A stretch of DNA of 32,000 bases, taken from assembly GCF_000025125.1 (NCBI RefSeq), contig NC_013771.1, positions 90,001-122,000 on the forward strand, read 5' to 3'. The position numbers were made by a program, and so were the translations under genes. A model generated the notes under the pieces. It made no database searches. It worked only from the letters and a program-made list of their open reading frames with translations, and was not told the DNA's origin. How positions within the stretch are numbered: position 1 is the stretch's first letter; the number at the start of each line of letters is the position of its first letter. The stretch is from Candidatus Atelocyanobacterium thalassa isolate ALOHA. Its GTDB lineage: Bacteria; Cyanobacteriota; Cyanobacteriia; Cyanobacteriales; Microcystaceae. Shown piece by piece: positions 12,569 to 20,643 of this stretch.

Positions 12569-12940
12569 ATGACGTTTCAAGAGTTTTGTTTATTGTTAGT
12601 TTCTGTACTTGCAAGTGCTCTAGGTCAATTGTTTTTAAAAATGGGGGCTTTGAAATTAGGTAAAGTTAATTCCGTTAATATCATAAGTCACATCTCAAAA
12701 ATTATTGTTGTCCCAGAATTGCTTTTAGGGTTATCTTGTTATGGATTCGGAGCGATCGCATATATTTTACTATTGACTCGTGTTAATTTGAGTGTCGCCG
12801 GTCCATCTGCATCAATTATTTACATATTTTCAGTCTTGATTGGCTATTTTATGTTTAAGGAAGTTATTCCTGTTTATCGTGCTTTTGGCCTTGGACTCGT
12901 AGTATGTGGTGTTATTTTGGTTGTATGGAAACCAAATTAA
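12569..12940 (+). CDS. Small 4-TM EamA/SMR-like transporter subunit (ArnE/ArnF-like)
   Basis: 123 aa and very hydrophobic, with four predicted helices. AGGAG lies 9 nt upstream of the ATG. The family assignment rests on size and topology only. Confidence 0.55.
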   Translation: MTFQEFCLLLVSVLASALGQLFLKMGALKLGKVNSVNIISHISKIIVVPELLLGLSCYGFGAIAYILLLTRVNLSVAGPSASIIYIFSVLIGYFMFKEVIPVYRAFGLGLVVCGVILVVWKPN

Positions 12941-13002
12941 ATTATTATTACTTGTCAAAGTAGTAATGGTTATGTTAGTATTACTACTTGGTGGTTTAAT
13001 AA

Positions 13003-13076
13003 GGGCTTGTAGCTTAGTGGATTAGAGCGCGTGGCTACGAACCACGAGGTCGGGGGTTCGAGTCCCTCCAAGCCCA
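13003..13076 (+). tRNA. tRNA-Arg (anticodon ACG)
   Basis: 74-nt cloverleaf folded by hand. Acceptor stem is GGGCTTG/CAAGCCC with discriminator A. D arm is GCTT..GAGC. Anticodon stem is CGTGG/CCACG with loop CT-ACG-AA. T arm is GGGGG-TTCGAGT-CCCTC. CCA is not encoded. It forms a local GC-rich island. Confidence 0.9.
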
Positions 13077-13210
13077 TATTTTCAAGTTATGTTGCATAAT
13101 GAAAAATGTAGTTGTGTCTTAAACAGATGGATTTCATAAGAAAACTTTAAGATACAGTTACATTTTTTTTGTTAAAGGTATATTTAGATAGATATAAATT
13201 ATTAAGGATA

Positions 13211-13531
13211 ATGTCAAAGAGATATACAGTAGAAATTCATCATCAAGAAGCTAATTATGTCATTGAAGTTTCTGAAGATGAAAAAATTTTAGAGTCAGCC
13301 AGAAGAGCTGGCGTTGAACTGCCATTATCTTGTGAGGCAGGTGTATGTACAACTTGTACTGCTCATATATTAGAAGGTAAAGTAGAACAAGGAGAAGGAA
13401 TGGGGTTATCTCCCCAACTTCAAGATGAAGGTTATGCTCTGCTATGTGTTTCATATCCTCGATCTAACTTAAAATTGGTCACTGAAAAAGAAGAAAAAGT
13501 ATATGATAGACAATTTTCACCAAATACTTAA
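13211..13531 (+). CDS. Plant-type [2Fe-2S] ferredoxin with a short C-terminal extension
   Basis: Cys ligand pattern SCEAGVCTTC...LLCVSYP. The ATG at 13211 (MSKRYTVEI...) matches the usual ferredoxin N-terminus. The ORF track extends it to a TTG at 13169, which I consider less likely. Confidence 0.85.
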   Translation: MSKRYTVEIHHQEANYVIEVSEDEKILESARRAGVELPLSCEAGVCTTCTAHILEGKVEQGEGMGLSPQLQDEGYALLCVSYPRSNLKLVTEKEEKVYDRQFSPNT

Positions 13532-13594
13532 TCTTCTTCAAAATTAGAAACTAAATTGGAGTAACTATGTTATTTCATAAAATATATAGATTTT

Positions 13595-15331
13595 TTAATT
13601 GCAAATATATCTCTCATAATGATATCCATCAATATGAGGATATTTTTTTGTATCAAGATTACAATTTTTAAGCTTAATAGGATCTTTAAAATTAACAGTC
13701 CAAACTTCTAAAGGTTCTTTAGTATTTTCAACGATTGTTTGTAATGTTTCAGCTTCTTGAGGGTAATCTTTACTATTTTTATCTATTAATAAAAAAGAAG
13801 TATTAGTTAGTTTTTGATTATTTTGTAATTCTAATCCTATACCCATCATTTCTCCTGTTTGGACCAAACTTTGATGCGTAGTAACAATTACAGCATCATG
13901 AGATACTGTTCTTTGAAAAATATCAACAAACTGTTCAGGTCTATAGTATTTTTGATATCCCAAATTTAATAGTACTGTTATTGAACCTAATAATCCCATA
14001 ATCCATACAATATAAAACCCCATTTTTCTATTTAATAAAATAATGGAATAGATTTTTGATAATTTATGTTCCGAATTACTATGCCAAGGAATTGATAGTA
14101 TGCCCCCTAAGACTGCTATCACAGCAGGAAAATAAGTAAAACTATAACGTGCACCACGAGTTAAGTCTAATCTAGCTAAATAAGTGATAGTTAAAAAAAT
14201 ACCAATAACTCCAGAGATAAAAGAGATAAGTACAATCAAAGGTAAGCTAAATTTTTTATCTCTTAAACCTATCTTTACTTCTTGCAGAATATATGGAACT
14301 AAAAATATTAAAAATAATAATAAAATTAATCCAGATAAAATGACGATTGGAATAGAAGATGACTCTACTGGTAAAAGTGAAATCATAGGAATCCAAACAG
14401 CTAATAATTGAAAAGGAGGACTAATAAAATATAAAACGTTATTTACTGGATGAATCCAGCTGATCATGTCATTGCCGTAACCTTTGGGTATTATGATTAG
14501 TAGCCACATTAACCCTGTACAAAACGTTCCTATAATAACTAAAAAGATTCGATAATAGTTTTTTCTTTTTAAATTCGATAGCTTTTCGTGTGGTTGAATA
14601 TTATATAAAAATATCAAAGTTATAATTTCTGATATTAAGGTCAAACAAAAAAAGTAATGAATAGATAATCCAATACTATTAGCTAACAACCAAACTAAAA
14701 CTAACCAGTAAGGAATAACTGATTCCTCTTTGATTTTTCTGATAGCAACAACTAAACATAGTAAAGATGCAATGACAAATAAAGTTGCAAATGTATAATG
14801 CCGTGCTTCTTGCGCAAGGTAGATGCCATATGGAGATACTGCCATTAAGGATGCACTAATTTGTCCAGCCAAGCGAGAACGAAAGCTGATAGAACTTAAA
14901 ATATAGATTCCAGGAATAGAAAGAACACCAAAAAAAGCAGGAAGTATTCTCATGATCGTAATATCAATATTTTCGACAACTCCCAAATGAGATAATAAGC
15001 CTATCCATAAGTGATTAATAACAAAATATAGAGGTGGATGATTATCTTCTTCCAGCAACAGAGATATGACACTGCTAATTCCTGCATTAGTATTGAATTG
15101 TAATGGTTGCAAAAGTGTATCTAATGAAATAAGCTGATTCAGAGGTACTGAACGAAAATCATTCCCTAAACTAAAAACCATAGTGGCAAATTCATCAGTC
15201 CATGGCGATTTAGCGCCTAAATTAGTAAATCTAAGAATACCGCCGATGATTGTCCAAAAAACTAATAAAATTGAATTATTCACATAAAGTAATTGATTAA
15301 TCCATTGCCTATATAATTTCACTTTTAGCAC
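13595..15331 (-). CDS. GT-C fold glycosyltransferase, family 39 / ArnT-like (polyprenyl-phosphate sugar dependent)
   Basis: 578 aa with about 12 TM helices. An acidic first-loop motif (SPWTDEF) typical of GT39/ArnT enzymes is followed by a soluble C-terminal domain. The start is GTG at 15331. Confidence 0.65.
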   Translation of the reverse strand: MLKVKLYRQWINQLLYVNNSILLVFWTIIGGILRFTNLGAKSPWTDEFATMVFSLGNDFRSVPLNQLISLDTLLQPLQFNTNAGISSVISLLLEEDNHPPLYFVINHLWIGLLSHLGVVENIDITIMRILPAFFGVLSIPGIYILSSISFRSRLAGQISASLMAVSPYGIYLAQEARHYTFATLFVIASLLCLVVAIRKIKEESVIPYWLVLVWLLANSIGLSIHYFFCLTLISEIITLIFLYNIQPHEKLSNLKRKNYYRIFLVIIGTFCTGLMWLLIIIPKGYGNDMISWIHPVNNVLYFISPPFQLLAVWIPMISLLPVESSSIPIVILSGLILLLFLIFLVPYILQEVKIGLRDKKFSLPLIVLISFISGVIGIFLTITYLARLDLTRGARYSFTYFPAVIAVLGGILSIPWHSNSEHKLSKIYSIILLNRKMGFYIVWIMGLLGSITVLLNLGYQKYYRPEQFVDIFQRTVSHDAVIVTTHQSLVQTGEMMGIGLELQNNQKLTNTSFLLIDKNSKDYPQEAETLQTIVENTKEPLEVWTVNFKDPIKLKNCNLDTKKYPHIDGYHYERYICN

Positions 15332-15380
15332 TGAAATTCCTCTTGATCAAACTATACATAAAATAACCTAAATTTAAAAT

Positions 15381-17201
15381 ATGCACCTAATAGATTGGAT
15401 TGTTGTTTTAGTTTATTTTTTGGTTACTACTATTTTAGGGTTATTTATATCTTATAAAAATAAAATAACTTCGAAAAATTTTGAGAATCATAAGAATACT
15501 CATTTTATTAACAATTTACTTGCAGGTCGAAATTTACCTTGGTGGTTAGCAGGGACAAGTATGGCTGCAACAACATTTTCCATTGATACTCCTTTATATA
15601 TATGTGGAATAGTTGCGAGTCGCGGGATTGCTGGTAATTGGGAGTGGTGGAGCTTTGGAATCTCTAACATCTTTTTAATATATATCTTTGCTGGCATGTG
15701 GAGAAGATCAGGATTATTAACAGATGCTGAAATTACTGAATTACGATATGGTGGAAAAAATGCTGCTATTTTAAGAGCTACTAAAGCGTTTTTATTCGCC
15801 ATACCAATTAATTGTATTGGTATAGGATATGCCATGTTAGCCATTATAAAGGTAGTCGATGCTTTAGAATTATGGCAAAGTTTAGGATTTAGTCCTGGAG
15901 AAGAAGCTAAATTTTGGACAATAATCTCCTTAAATTTTTTTGTTCTTCTTTATACTGGGGTATCAGGACTTTGGGGTGTAGTCATAACAGATTTCTTTCA
16001 ATTTTTTTTAGGATTAATTGGGTCAATAGTATTGTGTGTTTTTAGTGTGCATGATGCAGGAGGAATAAATAAGTTAGTTTTAGATGTTCAAAATGCAACT
16101 GATTTTGATGTATTGTCTTTTATTCCTATTGTTTACAACAGACATCTTGGTTTTACGTGGAATGATGCGGCAGGAATTACTGCAACCACATTTTCTAGTT
16201 ATATATTTGTACAATGGTGGTCGTTTCGACGTAGTGATGGAGGAGGAGAATTTGTCCAAAGGCTACTTTCGGTAAAAGGAGACACAGAATCTCAGGCAAG
16301 GAATGAAGCAGAAAAGGCAACTTGGCTTTTTAATATTCTCAATTATGTTATCAGAACTTGGCCATGGATACTCACAGCATTAGCTTCTATCGTCTTACTA
16401 CCTAATTTAAAAGACCCTGAGTTAGCATATCCTAAGCTTATGATAGCTTATTTACCCCCCATAGCTCTTGGATTAGTTGTTTCATCTTTAATTGCTGCTT
16501 TTATGAGCACCATTTCTACTTCAATTAATTGGGGAGCTTCCTATTTAAGTAATGATTTATACAAACGCTTTTTTCGGCCTGAAGCTTCTGATCGCGAATT
16601 GACTATTGTTGTTAAAGTAGCTTCAATTGTAGTAATAATTTTAGGTTCTATTACTGCCTTTTACGCCAATGATATTCGTACAATATTTCGTGTAGTAATT
16701 TCTATTGGAACTGGTCCTGGATTGGTTTTGATCTTAAGATGGTATTGGTCTCGTATTAATGCTGCAGCTGAACTTTCAGCAATGGTTACAGGATTTGTTA
16801 TTGGGTTGATATCAGTTTTTAGTTCAAATTTTAATATAGTTTTTTCTGATTTTGGCTGGAAAATACTGGCAATTTCTATCATCACTGGTGTAGTGTGGAT
16901 TTCTACAATGTTTTTAACTCCTCCCGAGAAAGAAGAAACATTAATTAATTTTTATAGGCATATACGTCCAGGAGGAAGAGGTTGGTACATTCAACAACAG
17001 CAAACAGGATTACAGCCGTCTCAAAATTTAAAGTTAGACTTGTTAAAAGTATTAGCAGCAATTTTAATAATGTTTGGTAGTATGTTTACTCTTGGAGGTT
17101 TCTTGCTACTACAGCCTATCACTGGATTGGTTTCAGTTATATCTATAATATTTGGAGGAATGTTGCTAAAAGGTCTTAAAAGAAAAGAAGTAAATCTTTA
17201 A
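15381..17201 (+). CDS. Sodium:solute symporter family (SSF) transporter, substrate unknown
   Basis: 606 aa and polytopic (about 13-14 TM helices), with SSF-like segments (AGRNLPWWLAGTSMAATTFSIDTP). It is divergent from the GT39 gene with only 49 bp between them. Confidence 0.8.
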   Translation: MHLIDWIVVLVYFLVTTILGLFISYKNKITSKNFENHKNTHFINNLLAGRNLPWWLAGTSMAATTFSIDTPLYICGIVASRGIAGNWEWWSFGISNIFLIYIFAGMWRRSGLLTDAEITELRYGGKNAAILRATKAFLFAIPINCIGIGYAMLAIIKVVDALELWQSLGFSPGEEAKFWTIISLNFFVLLYTGVSGLWGVVITDFFQFFLGLIGSIVLCVFSVHDAGGINKLVLDVQNATDFDVLSFIPIVYNRHLGFTWNDAAGITATTFSSYIFVQWWSFRRSDGGGEFVQRLLSVKGDTESQARNEAEKATWLFNILNYVIRTWPWILTALASIVLLPNLKDPELAYPKLMIAYLPPIALGLVVSSLIAAFMSTISTSINWGASYLSNDLYKRFFRPEASDRELTIVVKVASIVVIILGSITAFYANDIRTIFRVVISIGTGPGLVLILRWYWSRINAAAELSAMVTGFVIGLISVFSSNFNIVFSDFGWKILAISIITGVVWISTMFLTPPEKEETLINFYRHIRPGGRGWYIQQQQTGLQPSQNLKLDLLKVLAAILIMFGSMFTLGGFLLLQPITGLVSVISIIFGGMLLKGLKRKEVNL

Positions 17202-17241
17202 ATGTAATTCTATAAAAATGTTAAATACATGAATTTACTCG

Positions 17242-17265
17242 ATAATTCTATTCTAATAGAATTAT
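17242..17265. terminator. AT-rich hairpin (11-nt perfect inverted repeat, 2-nt spacer) upstream of the main terminator
   Basis: ATAATTCTATT-CT-AATAGAATTAT. It lies 41 nt after the SSF stop. Confidence 0.3.
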
Positions 17266-17277
17266 TCAAAAACCAAA

Positions 17278-17333
17278 AAAAGAATAAAAGACCTTTGTAA
17301 GAAATTTTACTTACAAAGGTCTTTTATTCTTTT
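17278..17333. terminator. Intrinsic terminator between the convergent SSF and rpmA genes, possibly bidirectional; 24-bp perfect stem
   Basis: 17278-17301 pairs perfectly with 17310-17333 (checked base by base) around an 8-nt loop AAATTTTA. The A-run on the left gives a U-tract for the minus-strand rplU-rpmA transcript. The hairpin sits 15 nt beyond the rpmA stop. Confidence 0.8.
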
Positions 17334-17347
17334 GACTAGTTAAATTT

Positions 17348-17608
17348 TTAAATAGCTATTGGATATACACTGACCTTTTTGCGGCTTTTTGTTTTGTGCT
17401 CAAAGGTAACAATCCCATCAACTAAAGCAAATAAAGTATCATCCTTGCCTATTCCTACATTATTGCCTGGGTGAACTTTTGTTCCTCTTTGGCGAATTAG
17501 AATGTTTCCTGCTCTAACTGTTTGTCCACCAAAACGTTTAACTCCGAGTCTTTGAGAATTAGAGTCACGTCCGTTCCGAGTACTACCGGTTCCTTTCTTA
17601 TGAGCCAT
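17348..17608 (-). CDS. rpmA: 50S ribosomal protein L27
   Basis: 86 aa, starting [29 protein letters not shown]. Confidence 0.95.
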   Translation of the reverse strand: MAHKKGTGSTRNGRDSNSQRLGVKRFGGQTVRAGNILIRQRGTKVHPGNNVGIGKDDTLFALVDGIVTFEHKTKSRKKVSVYPIAI

Positions 17609-17662
17609 AATTTCTTGTTGGTTGTTTTCTGTGGTTTTATAAAATAATTTGTCTTCGCAGAC

Positions 17663-18043
17663 TTATTTTTCCTGTTTTATATCTTCTTCGGCGGAAGCTT
17701 CTGGAGAACTTTTGCAAATAACTGAACCATTGAGACTAATAGAATTAATCATTAGGCGACTAAGTTCTTGACGATGTCCTCTTTTTTTGCGTGTTTTCTT
17801 CTTAGGACGCATTTTATAGACAATAACCTTTTTGCCTCTTCGCTCTCTAGTCACAATTCCTTCTACAGTAGCTCCTTCAATAAAAGGGTGACCAATAGTT
17901 ATTTTACTATCATTACTAATAAGTAATACTTTGTCGATTACATAAGAGTTACTATCATCAGTAGTAAGGCGGTTCATATCATAAAAGCGGCCAGGCTCAA
18001 CACGAAACTGTGATCCTCCAGCCTCAATAATTGCATAATTCAT
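17663..18043 (-). CDS. rplU: 50S ribosomal protein L21
   Basis: 126 aa, starting MNYAIIEAGGSQFRVEPGRFYD, with a C-terminal extension. It lies directly upstream of rpmA, the classical rplU-rpmA operon order. Confidence 0.95.
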   Translation of the reverse strand: MNYAIIEAGGSQFRVEPGRFYDMNRLTTDDSNSYVIDKVLLISNDSKITIGHPFIEGATVEGIVTRERRGKKVIVYKMRPKKKTRKKRGHRQELSRLMINSISLNGSVICKSSPEASAEEDIKQEK

Positions 18044-18154
18044 AACTTTATCCTTGATGTTAATTGCCGTACAGGTAGAATAAAAACAAATAGTCTCATC
18101 CTTTTGCTAATACTGTGACCTGATCCGAGCAGGATCTTTTCGAGACCCTATAAT

Positions 18155-18182
18155 ATCATACTATCATTACATTTTATGTCAA
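18155..18182 (-). promoter_or_regulatory. Candidate sigma-70-type promoter for rplU-rpmA
   Basis: Minus strand reads TTGACA (18182-18177), a 16-nt spacer, then TATGAT (18160-18155). This would give a leader of roughly 100 nt. Such matches are common in AT-rich DNA, so the call is tentative. Confidence 0.3.
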
Positions 18183-18372
18183 ACAATCTTCTCGCTATAG
18201 TTAATATTTCATTCACTATATTTTAATAGTCCTTCATTTGTTCTGTATTTAGAGGAAATAAAAAATTTAAACTTTCAAAAAATACTTTAAGAAAACAAAG
18301 TTACTTAATAAAAATTATTCCAATAATCTGTTAGGGTGTACTCTAAACAAGTTACTTCTTAATTACAATTGT

Positions 18373-18723
18373 ATGCACCAAAATCAGTCTATTCCAACAA
18401 TTACAGTAAAAAAACTTGCCGAATATCTTATAAAAGATAATTCTGAATTACAACTTATAGATGTCAGAGAGCCGGAAGAGGTAAAAATTGCTCATATCGA
18501 AAAATTCAAGGTATTTTCTTTAAGTAAGTTTCCTGAATGGTCTCAAACAATTATTAATGACTTAGACTTTGATAAAGAAACATTAGTTCTTTGTCATCAT
18601 GGAGTACGATCTGCTCAAGTCTGTTTCTGGTTACTTAAAAATGGTTTTATTAATGTTAAAAATATAGAAGGAGGAATCGCTGCTTACTCTTTAATAATTG
18701 ATAATAGTATTCCTCAATATTAA
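18373..18723 (+). CDS. Single-domain rhodanese (sulfurtransferase)
   Basis: 116 aa with active-site loop CHHGVRS and IDVREPEE, typical of the rhodanese fold. Confidence 0.8.
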   Translation: MHQNQSIPTITVKKLAEYLIKDNSELQLIDVREPEEVKIAHIEKFKVFSLSKFPEWSQTIINDLDFDKETLVLCHHGVRSAQVCFWLLKNGFINVKNIEGGIAAYSLIIDNSIPQY

Positions 18724-18776
18724 GTAAGAATAAAAGCAATTATTCCGTAAATGTTACATTTAAAAGCTACATTGTT

Positions 18777-19865
18777 ATGACTGTCCCCTTTCTTTTAAAT
18801 CAAAGATATCAAAAAATATTACGAGCAGCAGTTCAACATTATATTGCTACAGCAGAACCTGTTGGTTCTAATACTTTAGTTAGAGAATATAATTTAAGTA
18901 TTAGTTCAGCTACTATTCGTAATACATTAGGAAAGCTAGAAAAAGCTGGATTCTTATATCAACCTCATACTTCTGCTGGCAGAATACCATCAGATTTTGG
19001 TTATCGAATATATGTAGACAAGTTAATGGTTCCAGATTATAAGTATACAAAAAGAATCATACGTACATTAAACGGACAGTTAAATCAAAAGTTTTATGAT
19101 TCTAATGAAACTTTTTTACAAAAAGTAGCTCAGATATTAACTAACTTAAGTGGTTACATAGCTCTCATTACTCTCCCGCAAATGTTTCCAAACAAGCTAT
19201 ATCATTTACAGTTAATACAGGTATCTTCTAAGCAAATAGTATTTGTTGTTGTAACTAATGATTATAAAACTAAATCTATTTTAGTGGATATTCCATCTGT
19301 TTTAATTAATGATAATAAAGAATGGTTAGATGAAAAACTACAAATATTCTCTAATTTTTTGAATAGTCATTTAAAAGGAAGGTCTATATTCGACATTCCG
19401 AATTCAACTTGGGCAACAATAGATCAGGATTTTATTGATTACTCTGATTTTTTAAAAGGAATTCTTAAACAATTGAGGAATAATCTTCAATTATCTATTT
19501 CTACCCAAATTATAATTCATGGTATTTCAGAAATTCTTAGACAACCAGAATTTTCTAAATTAAAGCAAGTCAAGATGTTAATTCACTTGTTAGAAGAAGA
19601 ACAAGATAAATTACAGTCTTTAATTCTAGATGTTCCCAAAAATAAGCTATTAAATAAACAAGTAAATATTAGAATTGGCAATGAAAACCCTCTCAAATCT
19701 ATGCATCTTTATAGCTTAGTTTATTCAACTTATTGTCAACATGATATCCCTGTTGGGAGTATTGGAATTATTGGTCCAACAAGAATGTTATATGAGAACA
19801 CTATTCCTCTGGTGGAATCGACAGCAAATTATTTATCGAAAATATTTAGTTTAAAATTAAGCTAG
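18777..19865 (+). CDS. hrcA: Heat-inducible transcriptional repressor HrcA
   Basis: 362 aa. The N-terminal winged-helix region (YIATAEPVGSNTLVREYNLSISSATIRNTLGKLEKAGFLYQPHTSAGRIPSDFGYRIYVD) is typical of HrcA. Confidence 0.9.
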   Translation: MTVPFLLNQRYQKILRAAVQHYIATAEPVGSNTLVREYNLSISSATIRNTLGKLEKAGFLYQPHTSAGRIPSDFGYRIYVDKLMVPDYKYTKRIIRTLNGQLNQKFYDSNETFLQKVAQILTNLSGYIALITLPQMFPNKLYHLQLIQVSSKQIVFVVVTNDYKTKSILVDIPSVLINDNKEWLDEKLQIFSNFLNSHLKGRSIFDIPNSTWATIDQDFIDYSDFLKGILKQLRNNLQLSISTQIIIHGISEILRQPEFSKLKQVKMLIHLLEEEQDKLQSLILDVPKNKLLNKQVNIRIGNENPLKSMHLYSLVYSTYCQHDIPVGSIGIIGPTRMLYENTIPLVESTANYLSKIFSLKLS

Positions 19866-20076
19866 TTTCTTAAACTAACAGGTTTTATTAAGCCTATGAT
19901 ATGTAAAAAATGTGTTGTAAATAGAATAATTTTTAAATGAATTTCATAGAGCATATTGCAGAATTACATAAAAAATTTCAATATAAAATATCAGCAAATA
20001 AATAAAAATACATAACTACTCTTTGCTTGTCATCTTTTTCAGTAAACTGCTATATTGAAGTGCTTATAAATCCAAA

Positions 20077-20643
20077 TTGAGGTTATCTTTGCAAAAATTA
20101 CTTAACATCGCTAAGGTTATAGATGCTATTAATGAATGGATAGGCAGATTTGCTTATTGGATAATCTTATTAATGATCTTTATAGGTGTTTGGAATGTTG
20201 TAGGAAGATATGTTGGAAGGTTCCTTGGATATACTTTAACTTCCAATGCGCTTATTGAAATACAGTGGTATTTATTTGATATTGTTTTTTTCTTGGGAGC
20301 AGCATATACTCTGAAACACAATGGACATGTTAGAGTAGATGTTTTTTACAAAGATTTATCATTAAAACAAAAAGCATTAGTAGATTTTATAGGTACTTTC
20401 ATTTTTTTGATCCCTTTTTGTTTAGTAATAATTTATTATTCCTGGGATAATGTTATAAACTCTTGGAAATTTCTAGAGACATCTCCAGATCCTGGAGGTT
20501 TAGCTCGTTATCCTATTAAATCAATGATTATTGTTAGTAGCATATCACTAATTTTCCAAGGAATATCTGAAGCCATAAAAAGTTTAAATAAGTTTAAAAA
20601 ACAGTTAAACTCTCAGGAGGATAACCATGATCCAAGTATATGA
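20077..20643 (+). CDS. dctQ: TRAP transporter small permease subunit (DctQ-type)
   Basis: 188 aa with 4 TM helices and a TTG start. It overlaps the downstream large subunit by 17 nt. Confidence 0.8.
   Translation: MRLSLQKLLNIAKVIDAINEWIGRFAYWIILLMIFIGVWNVVGRYVGRFLGYTLTSNALIEIQWYLFDIVFFLGAAYTLKHNGHVRVDVFYKDLSLKQKALVDFIGTFIFLIPFCLVIIYYSWDNVINSWKFLETSPDPGGLARYPIKSMIIVSSISLIFQGISEAIKSLNKFKKQLNSQEDNHDPSI

Noticed and set aside
15332-15380. Only 49 bp between the divergent GT39 (GTG start) and SSF genes. I considered this a sign of mis-called starts or a shared regulatory site.
   Set aside because: Both N-termini look plausible as called, and compact divergent promoters occur in dense genomes. 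Nothing specific such as a palindrome or motif is visible in the 49 bp.
18724-18776. Looked for a CIRCE element (TTAGCACTC-N9-GAGTGCTAA) near hrcA.
   Set aside because: No match in the hrcA upstream region or elsewhere in the window. CIRCE is expected upstream of groE/dnaK genes, which are not in this window.
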